Under the pieces are notes generated by a model. The model was given only the letters and a program-made list of their open reading frames with translations. It was not told where the DNA came from and ran no database searches. Positions 14,601-26,950 of a stretch of DNA of 64,000 nt are shown one piece after another; positions within the stretch are counted from its first letter, which is position 1, and the number at the start of each line of letters is the position of its first letter. The stretch lies in assembly GCA_034780895.1 (NCBI GenBank), contig JAUZTB010000066.1:11016895-11080894 (forward strand), written 5' to 3'. This DNA is from Rhynchobatus australiae (lineage: Eukaryota). Position numbers and translations under genes: made by a program.

Positions 14601-15445
14601 AAAGATTAGAACATTCGAGCTCTGGTTGCGATTAGGTTCGTAAATTTTAGATGATCACAGAGCTCTGGACTCTGTACAGGAGAACCGGTCATGGATGTGG
14701 CTCTCGATCATTACAAAACTTATGGCTGGATAGGATGGGACATGGTTTACTATTTTTACATGGAAGACACCCATCAACGGATGAATGGTCCCCTGGCAGT
14801 AGATCAATTTGAGTTCTGCCCCAACATGAGGCAGCATCTTCAGGAGAGGGAGGCTGAGATAGATTTTTTTTTAAATAGTGGACGTGTCCTGCTTTTGAAC
14901 AGATGTTCCTAAATAATTTAAGTTGGCTGGGAATACTATTTATATGGCTGGATTTTCACAGAATTATTTTTATACAGTGCAACTTCGTTACACTAACATT
15001 AACAAAAGCCAGATTTTTTTCCACTCAAGAGGAAAAAAAAACAAGTCCTAATTCTTAGCAGTGTTTTTGGTGGTTTTGCATCGAGCTTACTCAAGCTAAG
15101 AAACCAATCCCACAGTTCCAATTTAATTTATTAAGCACAGTCAGCAGATAAATCAAAGCTGTTTCAAATTCCAGCATCATCCTTAAGGAAGCTTTTATTT
15201 ACCCAAAGGACTTCTTGGCAAATAACAGCAAAGAAGTGATGCTTAAATACAGGCAGCCAGAGCATTTCTCACCCTGAGTGACAGAATTTGGCATATTTTA
15301 AAAACAAGTGGCAAGTTAATTAGAGTGACTAAATGTCACTGACAGCAGTCATTTGAGTGCAGAAAGAAGTTGAACTCACTGTTCCTAGAATATGACTTTT
15401 TTGTGAATCCCTTTTACATAAGTCGGAGGTGTGGAAAACATGTGC

Positions 15446-15539
15446 CTTTTTCCTCCCACAGATGCTGCATGATCCGCTGAGTTCCTCCAGCACAATGTTT
15501 GTTGCTCTAGATTCCAGCACATGCAGTCTCTTGTGCCTC
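15446..15539. mobile_element. Penelope-derived short insertion with TSD
   Basis: cagatgctgc...gctgagttcctccagca...gattccagca...gcagtctcttgtgcctc flanked by catgtgc at 15439-15445 and 15540-15546. Confidence 0.75.
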
Positions 15540-16920
15540 CATGTGCATTTTTCAAATAGCTTTCCAGTACTTATGATAAAAGAGGAATGTGTTATTTTTG
15601 GTTTCTTCAAAAACAAGGCATCAAAACAAAAAAAGCTGTCATATTAATTTCCATCAAAAAACAAATCCGTAGATGTACATTTGTGGTAAGCCCACCGTTT
15701 GATAACATCGTAGGAACACCCACAATAAGTCACTGAATGAATTTAACATTTTTATAATCACTCATTCTCTTGGATACACTAGCAATTGAAAACAGACAAA
15801 TTTGGGACATAGCAAGTAGAAGTTACCTTCTGCAGAGTCATTGGTGCTAAGCACCGGCTTTATTCTCAATTGCAAGGCCTGGCCAGCGGGTACAACACTA
15901 TCACATTGGTGCTTGGGGTCAGAATGGGGCAATGGGAATGGAGGGGAAAACAGGGAAGTGCCCTGTTGACCTAATTTACCTCACATGTACCCTTGCCCCA
16001 CACTGTCATTCCCCCATGGTAATGAATTGACTCACACTACCTGCAGCAAGACTGAACTGGCACACACTCGGCAGACAGATTCCCCACGAAGGGTGCTGAG
16101 AAACTGCTGCAAATTCACACTATTTTGCTGGACCCGCAAGAGGAAGAATGGCTGGGAATTTTGCATTCACGAGGAAATTCTGAACATAGATAATATTGAC
16201 AGTTCAGGATGGAACTGCCCGCATTTCTCAGCAGGTTTCAGCCCACCGCTACAATTATTAAAATTCAACAATGGAATATCCACAACATGGGCTAAGAGTC
16301 TCATTTGTTCTGTCTCAATGCCATTCATTGAGTAAACCAACACCATTGTGCCCACTAATGAAAGAGTCCATGGCACTGGTGGGCGGATAGGCGAAGGACA
16401 ACATTCATTGAAAAGACTAATTGTGCAGCTTCCCTAGATTTGAGGTAAACTAACTTTCTTTTCAAAGACAAGAGTTTGACAGCGTCATTTTAAGTGCAGA
16501 GTTTTTAATCATTAAGAGGGTATAATAACACAATAATTCCCACAGTTTTAACCTCAAGCTTCAATCATAGCTTTCTGCTTTGCAAATTAAGATTTTCAAC
16601 AATCCCATTAAAGAAGCACAACAAGTCAAATGCTCCAAAAAGCCACCAAAGAATTGCATGGTATCTCTGAAGCATCAATAGCTTATTGTTCAAGTGGAAG
16701 GAATGAAAGCAAGTGAAAGAAGTGTGGTACTAATTAGTATTTCCTACCTTATCTGTTTCTCCTGATTTAATCATTTAAAGATTTGGACACATTATGCCCA
16801 ATCTTAATCAGCTAAAGTGGCTAATCAATCATTAGCAAGAGACCTGGCAAGTTCACATATTAGACGACCAAATTTGTCTCAAGGGATCAAGTGAGGTCAA
16901 CTTACCCATGAAGAAGTATG

Positions 16921-17254
16921 TGTTGTGGGGAAAGGTTCTTTTGGGTCTCAAAGGCAGAGGAATCCGGACACAGTCTTTGCATTTTAAAAAGAATTTATTT
17001 ATAGAGACAAGCGCGGGAACAGAATCAATGGGAACAGATGCGCGCGCACACACACCACACACACACAGATAGTTTCTATCTCTCTCTCCCCCACCCCCGG
17101 ATTTGCTCTGTTGAATCCTTTAGNNNNNNNNNNNNNNNNNNNNNNNNNNNNNNNNNNNNNNNNNNNNNNNNNNNNNNNNNNNNNNNNNNNNNNNNNNNNN
17201 NNNNNNNNNNNNNNNNNNNNNNNAGCGCGGGAACAGAATCAATGGGAACAGATG

Positions 17255-17299
<45 letters not shown>

Positions 17300-17709
17300 A
17301 ACTAGCTACAAATGGTCAGGGAAAAATGCAATACAGTGCCTGAACCCCCTGCCTCTGGACAAGCAACGGCTCTGCACAACTGGGAATCTACTTTAAAATG
17401 TCCCTAAACCCCTGTAGATGCACACACTCTTACCAGTGGTCCCTCGACGTGGTTTCGACCCCGGCAGCAAACAAAAGAGAGAGACAGCCATACACATGTG
17501 GCATCCTTTATAGTGCTGGAGAACTGGGTGGAGCTAGCTCAGGTAATTCAACAAATCCAATGGGTCATGGCCAGGTTCAAGAGGTATGCACAGGGACCAA
17601 TGGTGTGTGCTGCTAATGGCTGGGTGGAGCTAGACCCTGATTGACAGTGGTGTCACTTTCAACCAGTACTTGGTGGTGTCACATGACAGACATGACCTTT
17701 CACATTACA
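16921..17709 (-). mobile_element. Solo LTR-like element, interrupted by an assembly gap
   Basis: TG...CA termini; flanks gtatg and gcatg; TATAAA (near 17510) and AATAAA (near 16997) in correct order on the minus strand; duplicated ctgggtggagctag and CCAAT boxes upstream of the TATA box. Confidence 0.72.
17261..17293. repeat. (CA)n microsatellite
   Basis: Uninterrupted cacaca run, preceded by (gc)n. Confidence 0.95.
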
Positions 17710-19336
17710 GCATGTCAATTTGAGGGACTGAAAGTACCCGGAGACAACTTTCAGGCCACAGGTAATCAGCAGACAACTGGACAGGAACATGCTCATGCCT
17801 TCTCATCAGCAGCATGTGGCCATATTGCTTGCCACAAAACCTGATACTCCATTAGCTTTTGTTCAATGGTTTCATACATTCCACTGATCACTTTGTGAAT
17901 CTGATCACAATGAACCCTTTACCCCTACATACATCTTCCACTCTTTAAAGTGCAGAACTGCTCCAGTTTGGTTTGAACTATTTAACTTCTTCACATTTGT
18001 TATTTTAGTTAACTCCATTTCGCACTTTTTGCCCATTCCAATTTATTGATATGCCCTTAAAGCTTTTACTCTTCAGAATTATTTGTGACTACTATTTTAA
18101 TATACTGTGAGAATTTGACCACCTTTTCCTCTATCCCTGTATCCAAATAACTGGAGTACAGTGGGAAGCTCAGGTTGCCACTGACAACCACACTGAGAAG
18201 CTTCCCTCACTTCTCCCTTCCAATCAGCTTTTAGATCAATTTTGCCACTGTCCCCTAATCCCATACCACTTATTCTTGAATTATATCAACATATTGCACA
18301 TACATAATATTTTAGGTTTGTACAATGGAATGTAATGCTAATTCTTTATGGTCTATAGCCAAATGGATCCTGCACAAACCACTAAATTATTGGAGCCCAA
18401 TTATAATTTGAAGCTCTTTTGCTCCTCAAACACAAAATGGACTATTCATAAAGTAATTTTGGTTTACTTTACTATTCACTGCTTTCCCATAGTTTGGGAA
18501 TATAATGCTTAGGTACAGTTCCATAGACACCAAGAGTTATATTATTCATGTGAGTGGTTTGGGCTATTCAATCATTAGAGTTACCAGATCAAGCCAATCA
18601 TAATAACTCCATCGCTGCCACTGTTGAAATCAGTTCACTCAGCACACGAAGAGTGGGCCAAAATCTTGTATGATACAAGAGGATCAGCTACTTACTCATT
18701 ATATCTGCTTTCAGCAAAGTGAAAATGTCTTTTAAAATATATTATATACAAGATCAACTCTCTCACAAAGACAAACTTGGGCCTCCTACAATTTTTTTTA
18801 AACCACAAGTATGACTTAAAATCCAGATGCATCAGGTTGTACTGATCAATGACACAATTCTTTTTGTTTCAGTGTTTACAGGATGCAAACCATGCCACAG
18901 GAACAGAATCCAAGTGAATTGTTTGCTTTTAGCATTAAGCATTTTCATGTTTTTTTAAGTAAATACAGAAATGGCAGTCGTCAAAAATTTGTTCCTGCTA
19001 ATGGCTTCACTGTTAATATGATCCTGTGTTAATTTGATTCAATATCAAAACCTGGGTTAAAGAGGTTATAAATACCACAATTCCACCTGCATCTTCTACA
19101 AATCAGAAAACAAAACAGGATGAAGGATTATCAATTCCCACGAGATTCCACAGGGAATATCATAAACTTATTTACTTTTCTTTCAAAATATTGGCCTGAG
19201 TTGGAAGTAAGTAACCTTGCAGACCTTGCCTCTATTTGCAAGGCTGAGCAACTCGCATCAAGAAGAGTAACAGCAGCAGAAAAACAGAATTAAATAACAC
19301 CGCCTTATTCTGTTTGGTTTTTTGCCCTCTTTTTAC

Positions 19337-19432
19337 CTTCTCCAGATCTCCTTCTTTCTCAGGATCACAGTCTACTCCAGTTTCATCCTCCAGGAATGGA
19401 TTTGTAGAAGGTGGCACTGGTTCTGGCTTTTT
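19337..19432 (-). CDS. VPS53: VPS53 internal coding exon (approx. exon 12), 96 bp
   Basis: gacag|AAA AAG CCA...GAG AAG|gtaaaa; KKPEPVPPSTNPFLEDETGVDCDPEKEGDLEK with the conserved PPSTNPFLEDE motif; phase 0/0. Confidence 0.93.
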
Positions 19433-22400
19433 CTGTCAATTGCAAGAACAGAGCATTCAGTCAATGTACAAATTGTCATCATCATTCAAATACCATGAGC
19501 AAAAATGTATTTTAACACATACATGCAATAAACACACAAATATGCCAATTTAATAAACCAGCTCATTCAGAACAAATATAGAACAAAAATAAACTGCATG
19601 GAATTTGACTTCTGGACTTCTTCACTGCTGTGGGAGGCCTGAAGCTCCCTTACTGATTCAAACATGCACTGTTTCACTTCATTGGCTGGAATGCTTTGCA
19701 CCTTCATGAGGTGATATAAGAATACAAATATTTGCTGTATAAAAGCAAGTTCATTTTTATTTTACTTGAACTACACATTCATTCCTAATGATAAACCAGA
19801 TGACAAGCAGGCAAATAAATAATTAAATTTTGATAATAAACCTTAAGCAGCATGCATGTACCTAAAGTAAATTCACAACTACCTCAACATACTGATATTC
19901 ACCTGTAAAGAACAGGTTGGCAGGGGCAGAGACTTAGGTAGTCATTTTAAACAGAACCCTGACCAGTGGCCAGTCATTACAAAATGTTAGTGTATTGAGA
20001 ATGGCATCCAGTCTCAAAGGAGAATGCTAGTCTTCATTGCATTAATTAATGATCCTTGGATACCATGAACAAGCTGTATCCTGCTAGGAAACTGTCAGTG
20101 GTAGGCTGGTTTGAAAGGCCACAAATGTGGACACTTCCTCTCTGAAAGAAGACAATTTATTTTTTTTAATTCAGCAGGAAATGGGAACTATTTGCTAAAA
20201 CTATTATTGTTCTGTTGAAGTCAAAAATCTTTTATGAACTTCATCAAGCTAATGACCACATGGTAGGCAGAACTAACATTCTCAAAAAAATGCTTCCCCT
20301 GATTTTGACACAACTCAATATATTAATTAGGTGATGCAAACATTTTCCATTATTGAAAATTTCAGCATGCAAAACATTTAATCAACAGCAAACAGCGTAA
20401 CCTATCCCCTCATTCTGTGTAATTACAATTACAAGGCCGCCTTGTTCCCCAAAACAAAATACTTTTAACTGTCCCAATCTGCAGTTAAAGCTGTGACCAT
20501 TTAAAGTTTGCAATCCAAAAACTAAAACAAAAACTTGATACAAAGCACATAGACAAAGTATTGTAGGTCAACCCCCCCCCCTCCCAATCATAGTTCAGAG
20601 ATATTAAACCATTATTCAGTCAATGCAAGCATGCATGGGGGAGCTCGACGAGTTTCTGTGATTGTCAGATTACACTTTTTTAAAGTAAAAAAGAGACAGA
20701 GACAATGATTGACAACTAGCAGATAATAGTATGACTGCTAATGCTGATTGCAAGTGGACATGTGGGTGCTTCAGTTCACCTACTTGCCCTCAATAATGTC
20801 GACAATACTCTGCATTCAGGCCAAGATGGCAGACACTCATCATCTTAACTCCATCAGTTCCCCCACATTCCACGTCTCTTGTGACTCATAATTCACAGCT
20901 GAAGCCCACCCATCTCATCTCTCATCACCTTAATCTTGTCAATTGTCCTGGCTCTCAAAGCTCTAAAACAATTAACATCCTTGTAATAACTGCTCCATTT
21001 TAATCTGCTACTTTTGGTCATGTATTCCACCCTGCATCACACATCGTGGTTAGGTTACATTCATTGCTTCTTAATAGTGCAGAGTATATTGTTAAACCTG
21101 CAACTTACACAGTTAGTAGCTTATACACTCAAAATATTCCATACATGTCTTATTAACACAAAATATGAACAGAGCACGGTGCTTATCAATTTCTTCCTTT
21201 AGGGCCTTCCATACAGAACTATGCCTAAGAACTATACTTATCACTAACATAAGGTAATACCATTTATGACTGCAAGTGACTGTTAATCAGCTTTACTATA
21301 ATCCAGAGATATTAAGTTTCCTAATTAAACTACATTTTTTGAGCTACAATGCAAACAGAGGACCTTTGGACTGAAAGGTTAATGTATCTGTTTTAATAGC
21401 ATTTATCTGATACAGGAAGGTTCCACTTTGCTCAAATCATGACATTTTGCACCTCCTCTTATACTAAATCACCCATTTCCAGGAGCTGAATTCTGTGTGA
21501 CCCCTTTCACTGTACTGTTACACATCAGTAGTTCATTTTGGCGCAATAGGTCCATGCCAGAGTTAGGGCTCCACACAGGGATCCTCTCACACCATTGATG
21601 TAATCTAGTCTTTCCTTTTCCATCCTTTTCTTAAATAAAATCTTCAATTACCCCTTGTAGCAGCAGAGTGTTTCATGTCACAACAACTTCTTTCTGGGTA
21701 AAGCAGATTCTCCTGAATTTCCTATTACCTGATAAAGGTGGCGAGATGGGGGAGGAGAGTGAGGTGGAAGGGGCTGCAATTACAAATGCTAAGAATTTTG
21801 GTTCACTTGGTTATAATTAAAGTGTATAATGGTGAGGGGTCCGAATTAAACAAGCACCTCAAGTGGGGCACAGCAAAATACAGTTTGGGAAGATCTGCTC
21901 TATTGGATTTGTTAGTGATTATTTTATACATATGGCCTTTATTTACTTGTCTTATCTATAAATAATTTTTTTTTCTGTGTTACACTATCACACCCCATAT
22001 AATCTTTAATGTCTTCTTTTAGGTTACTGCTCCTAAGTCTTCCTTTCCTTCCACAATTAAATCTTTTTTTTAAATTAAAAACTTGAATATATCAGCTAAT
22101 CATTACTCAATGATTCAACTCTTATTCCCTGACACACTTGTCAGATTCGGCAAAATCCTAACTGCTGCCTTGAAGACTTAACTAAGTTGTTCAATTTTTT
22201 AAATATGTAAACAATGTTAAATAAATCATCATACTCTTTTTTCTAATATTGGGACTAAATGCTGACTTCAAGCAAGCCTTTTGATGTGATGCAGGTGTAC
22301 TCTATTAGATGTTGAAGAGCAGTAATTCACTTGCTGCACACTGCTGACATGGGAGCACTCACAACCAAGTGTAGGTGCATCAATCACACTGGTATAATCA

Positions 22401-23804
22401 GCGTTGGACATCCTTCTGAACTGAACCACACTGTGCAAATTCTACGCATGAAAGAATTATCAGAGACCATTTTAATATTCATACATTCTTTTTAGAATTT
22501 GAAGCCGAACTAAGCAAAACACTTACATGAACCTTGCATTTAGATGGTTAATGTTTGTTACTGATTAACTTCAATTATGAAGAATTAACTGAAATTCAGA
22601 AGTTGGCCAGCAATAAGTCACCTTGAAGTTATGTACTTGTAATTAGCATCTGGCCAGGTGCTTGCATCAAACAGCTACCACCAGAATTGATTTAGATATT
22701 TTTATAATCCTTTTTCATCTCCCTGCAGCATTTAATTCTAATAGTTTAGAAGCTACTTTGGCAAAATTGGATGTGATTTTCAAAAGACATTCTTAGAAGC
22801 TGCTTTTGTCTGTAAATTAGTAGTTATTCTGAAACACTTCCAATTTGCAAATACTGTGTCAGTATTAAGAGTACATTATTGTCACAGAATATCACATAGA
22901 TATTTCATTATACTAACAAAAATAAGTTCTGCAAGGAAGAAATTCTTCTGATTGGGAATCAATGCACAGAATGCTCAGATACAAAGGTTAGACTTATTCT
23001 GACAAAGAAGTCATTATAGATGCAATACAATACCACTGCAACTGCTGAAGATTACATGCTTAATCTGTGACACACAGAAACATTGTCAAGTATGTACCTT
23101 TTGCACTCTAGATGTGAAACAGCAGATGTCTTTGTCCAAAAGAGTACTAAAATCAGGCCAACTGCTTGCCTGGGAGTAATAACAAATATACACTGAACCA
23201 CACATTCAAAGGGTGGACAATGTGGGGAAGATAAAGTAAAATCCAGTGTACAGGTCACACTTTTATGTATAACTGGGAAGATAATTTAATAGACTGAACA
23301 GGTCAAGAAAGCTCATGAGAGGAGGCAAATGTGCCAGAATGTCACAGCATACTTTCTGGTTGTAATTTTGCAATACATCCTTTCAAGATACAGTGCTACA
23401 GGTTGATTGCTCTACTCTCAATGACTTAGGGTGGGTGGTCCAGTAACCACCCATTAGGTACTGGACACCCAGAAAGAACAGTGATAGATTTAGCCTCATG
23501 ACCAAGCATACAATGATGTCAGTATTGGGCCACTCTAATTTGCTGTTAATCTGTTAACTAAGGTGTGGGAAAACAATAATTCAACAATACTGACATTTGC
23601 TTTCCACCACAAGTTTATGAAACAGCCATAACCTATGCTCAACCATCAATCTATTCTTTATTCCTACAAAATCATTTCAACAATCCACACCTGAAAATTA
23701 TATTTCCATTGATAAGGTGCAAAAAGTTATACATAATTTGCAAAAGTGATAGACCCTAACTGAACAGCACATTTAGGCCAAAGAGACTGAGAATGTAAAG
23801 GGAT

Positions 23805-24060
23805 AAGAAAGAGAGGTAAGAGTAGATCATTCAATAAGATCATGGCTGATATTTTACTTCAGTGCCACTTTCATATATTGACCCCATTTTTCTTGATTCC
23901 TTTCATATCAAAAAATCTATAAANNNNNNNNNNNNNNNNNNNNNNNNNNNNNNNNNNNNNNNNNNNNNNNNNNNNNNNNNNNNNNNNNGGTTCACCACCT
24001 TATTGGAGAAATTTCTTCTCACCTCTGCCCTGAATGACTGACTCCTTTTTTTAAGACTCC
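23805..24060 (-). mobile_element. CR1 3' end fragment spanning an N gap
   Basis: cattcaataagatcatggctgat 3' UTR motif and gagaaatttcttctcacctctg motif. Confidence 0.7.
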
Positions 24061-24121
24061 CTCTCCCCCACCTGGCTCCTTCTACCCATCATTCTTCACC
24101 TTCCCCTATCTACCCCAGGCC

Positions 24122-24478
24122 CAGATAGAGTGGACGAGGAGAGGACATTTCCATTAGTAGGAGTCCAAGATCGGAGGGCACAGCCTCAGAATAAAAGGAC
24201 GTCCCTTTAAAACTGGGATGAGGAGGAATCTCTTCAGCCAGATGGTGGTGGATCTGTGGAATTCATTGCCACAGAGGTCTGTGGAGGCCAAGTCACTGGA
24301 TGTACTTAAGGCAGAGGTTGAAAGGTTCTTGAATGGCAAGGGGCGGGGGGGGGTGGATTAAGGGTTATGGGATGAAGGCAGGAGAATGGGGTTAAAAAAA
24401 ATTGAATGATTGAATGATTGAATGGCAGAGCAGACACAATGGGCCAAACATACTAAATCTGCTCCTACATCTTATGGA
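24122..24478 (+). mobile_element. CR1/HER1-like 3' end
   Basis: Reverse-orientation relative of the 1908-2405 copy (gggcacagcctcagaataaaaggacgtccc...gctcctacatcttatgg). Confidence 0.88.
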
Positions 24479-24479
24479 C

Positions 24480-24670
24480 CTATTACCTACCGGCCCCCAT
24501 CTCATCATTATATAGGTTGTCTTCCCTCTCTACTCTCCATCCCAAAACAGTGTCTCAACCCAAAATGTCAACAATTCCTTTCTCTCCACAGATGCTGCTC
24601 AACTGTCCGAGTTCCTCCAGCAATTTGCTTTTTGTTCCAGATTCCAACATCTGCAGCCTCTCGTGTCTCC
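24480..24670. mobile_element. Penelope-derived terminal fragment
   Basis: gtctcaacccaaaatgtcaacaattcc...cagatgctgctc...gagttcctccagc...gattccaacatctgcagcctctcgtgtctcc; same family as the copies at 15446, 34758 and 54057. Confidence 0.75.
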
Positions 24671-25439
24671 ATTAAGACTGCAATCCTTGGTTGCAAACAG
24701 CCCAGATGGGGAAAAAGTCAACTTTACATCCACTTGTACAAGCCCCATAAGGATTTTCCATTTTTCAATGCCACCAATCTAAGCATTACTAGTCTTCCAT
24801 TTCAGTATAATTCCAGTCCTCCATAACATACAGTAGAATATTGGGTAAATACTCAGGACACAGAACGTTAAAACTCAGCAAAAAGTATAGTGAAAGATTT
24901 GTCAGTTTCCTATAACTATACTCCAGAATGTTATAGAAGCAGGGTTTTACCATAAATGCTTGCTTATAGAATGATGTATACAATATGTGCCAATGTCCAT
25001 GCAGCCAAAGACTAATTTTGGAATTAGAAAAAAAAACATCAAGAAATATGTGTACTATATTAATCTCAGCAGCACTGCACAATAAAAACACCAATCAGCC
25101 TCAAATTGCCAAATACAGTCCAACACAAGCTTTCCTATTTGTTCAAACAAAGAACGTCTTGATTTCCAAACTTAATGGAGCTGGCGTTAACAGTCTTTAA
25201 AGAGACAACCAGACACAGCTTCTTCTCCATTTCAATATCTAACTAATTGAAAACAAATAAAACTGCACATGCCCGCAGGACTCAAAATTGAATTCTCCAA
25301 CTTCAGATAACTTGCTCCTTCTCTCTATTTGTATCAGGATTGACAATTTGTACATGTCATTCCCCTCTCTTTTTTTTTTGTCATTTGCATATTCCTGTCT
25401 GCTCAGCTCATCCCTGTAAACCAGACTATACAACATCAT

Positions 25440-26692
25440 CCAGACCTGGTCAATTCTAGGCCAGTGAGCCTGACATCAATGGAGGAGGGGATTCTTAGAG
25501 ATAGTCAGCATGGCTTTGTGTACACAAAAAAAAAATCACCCTCCACAAAGGTGAACAAGAGGATTGACAAGGGCAGGATGGTAGACATTGTCTGCGTGGA
25601 CTTTAGCAAGGCTTTTGACAAGGTCCCGCATGGTAGGCTAGTCCGGAAGGTTAGATCACATGGGATCCAAGGTGAGCTAGCCAACTACATACAAAATTGG
25701 CTTGGGGGAAGACGACAGAAGGTGGTAGTGGAGGATTGTTTTTCAGGTTGTAGGCCTGTGACCAGTGATGTGCTACAGGGATCGGTGCTGACTCCACAAA
25801 TTGTTTGTTATAAATATTAATAATTTGGATGAGGATGTAGGTGGCATGATTAGTAAGTTTGTTGATGACACCAAAATCGATGGTGAGTTGGGAAAGTGCG
25901 CCAAGGAACGACAGATGGAATTTAACTTGGACAAGCACAAAGGAATGCATTTTGGGATGTTAAACCATGCAAGACATACACAGTTAATCACAAGACCTCG
26001 AGGAGTGTTGTAGAACAGACAGACCTAGTGATACAGGCACATGGGTCCTGAAAATTACAACACAGGTAGACAAGGTGGTGAAGGAGGAATATGATATGCT
26101 TGCCTTCATTGGACAGGGCACTGAGTACAAGAGTTAGGCCATCATATTACATGTGTACAAGAGATTGGTGAGACCACACGTGAAATATTGTGTGCAGTTC
26201 TGGTTGCCGCACAATACCAAAGATATGAGGAGCTGCAGAAAAGATTCACGAGGATGATGCTGGGACTGGAGGGCTTGTGTTATGAGGAGAGACTGGATGG
26301 ACTGGGACTGTTTCTTCCTGGAGCGAAGGAGGATGAGATGTGACCTTACAGAGGTTTATAAAATCATGAGGGGCATGATTGAAGACTGGATTATCACGCT
26401 TATTCCCATGGTAGGGGAGTCTAAAACTCTAAGGTTTAAGGTGAGAGGGGAAAGATTTAAATGTGACCTGAGAGACAAGGTTTTCCTCACAGAGGATGGT
26501 GTGTATATGGAACGAGATGCCGGAAGCAGACACAGTTACAATGTTTAGAAGACATTTAGATAAGTACACGGATAGAAAAGGTTTAGAGGGATAATGTGCC
26601 AAATATAACCAGCTCAGGAAAACACCTTGGTCAGCATGGATGAGTTGGACCAAAGGCCCTGTTCCCATGCTGTTTAACTTTATGACTCTATA
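25440..26692 (+). mobile_element. CR1 LINE, RT to 3' end, frameshifted
   Basis: SQHGF, VDFSKAFDKVPHGRL, HGIQGEL, LQGSVL, KFVDDTKI and ERRRMRCDLTEVYKIM motifs; tail ending tatgactcta. Confidence 0.93.
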
Positions 26693-26749
26693 ATTGCACA
26701 ACATTAGCAGCACATTACACAGACAAAGAAGCTTAACTGTCCATTCAAT

Positions 26750-26950
26750 GGCTTCCCTTCATTTAACCCTATAACTGCCATTCACATATTGCCCCTTCCC
26801 CAGTTTCTCTGTTACTTAGGCTAACTTGCTTTCTCTCTTTCTCAGTTCTGGTGGAGGGTCTTCAACTTGAAAAGTTAACTGGTTTCTCTTTCCAAGATGT
26901 GCTTGACAGGCTCAGTTCTTCCAGCATTTCTGTTTTTGTTTCAAATTCTA
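26750..26950 (+). mobile_element. Old Penelope-derived fragment with decayed hammerhead core
   Basis: cagtt-ctggtgg-agggtcttcaactt-gaaa-agtt-aactg followed by the gatg...ctcagttcttccagcatttctg segment seen in the other copies. Confidence 0.6.
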
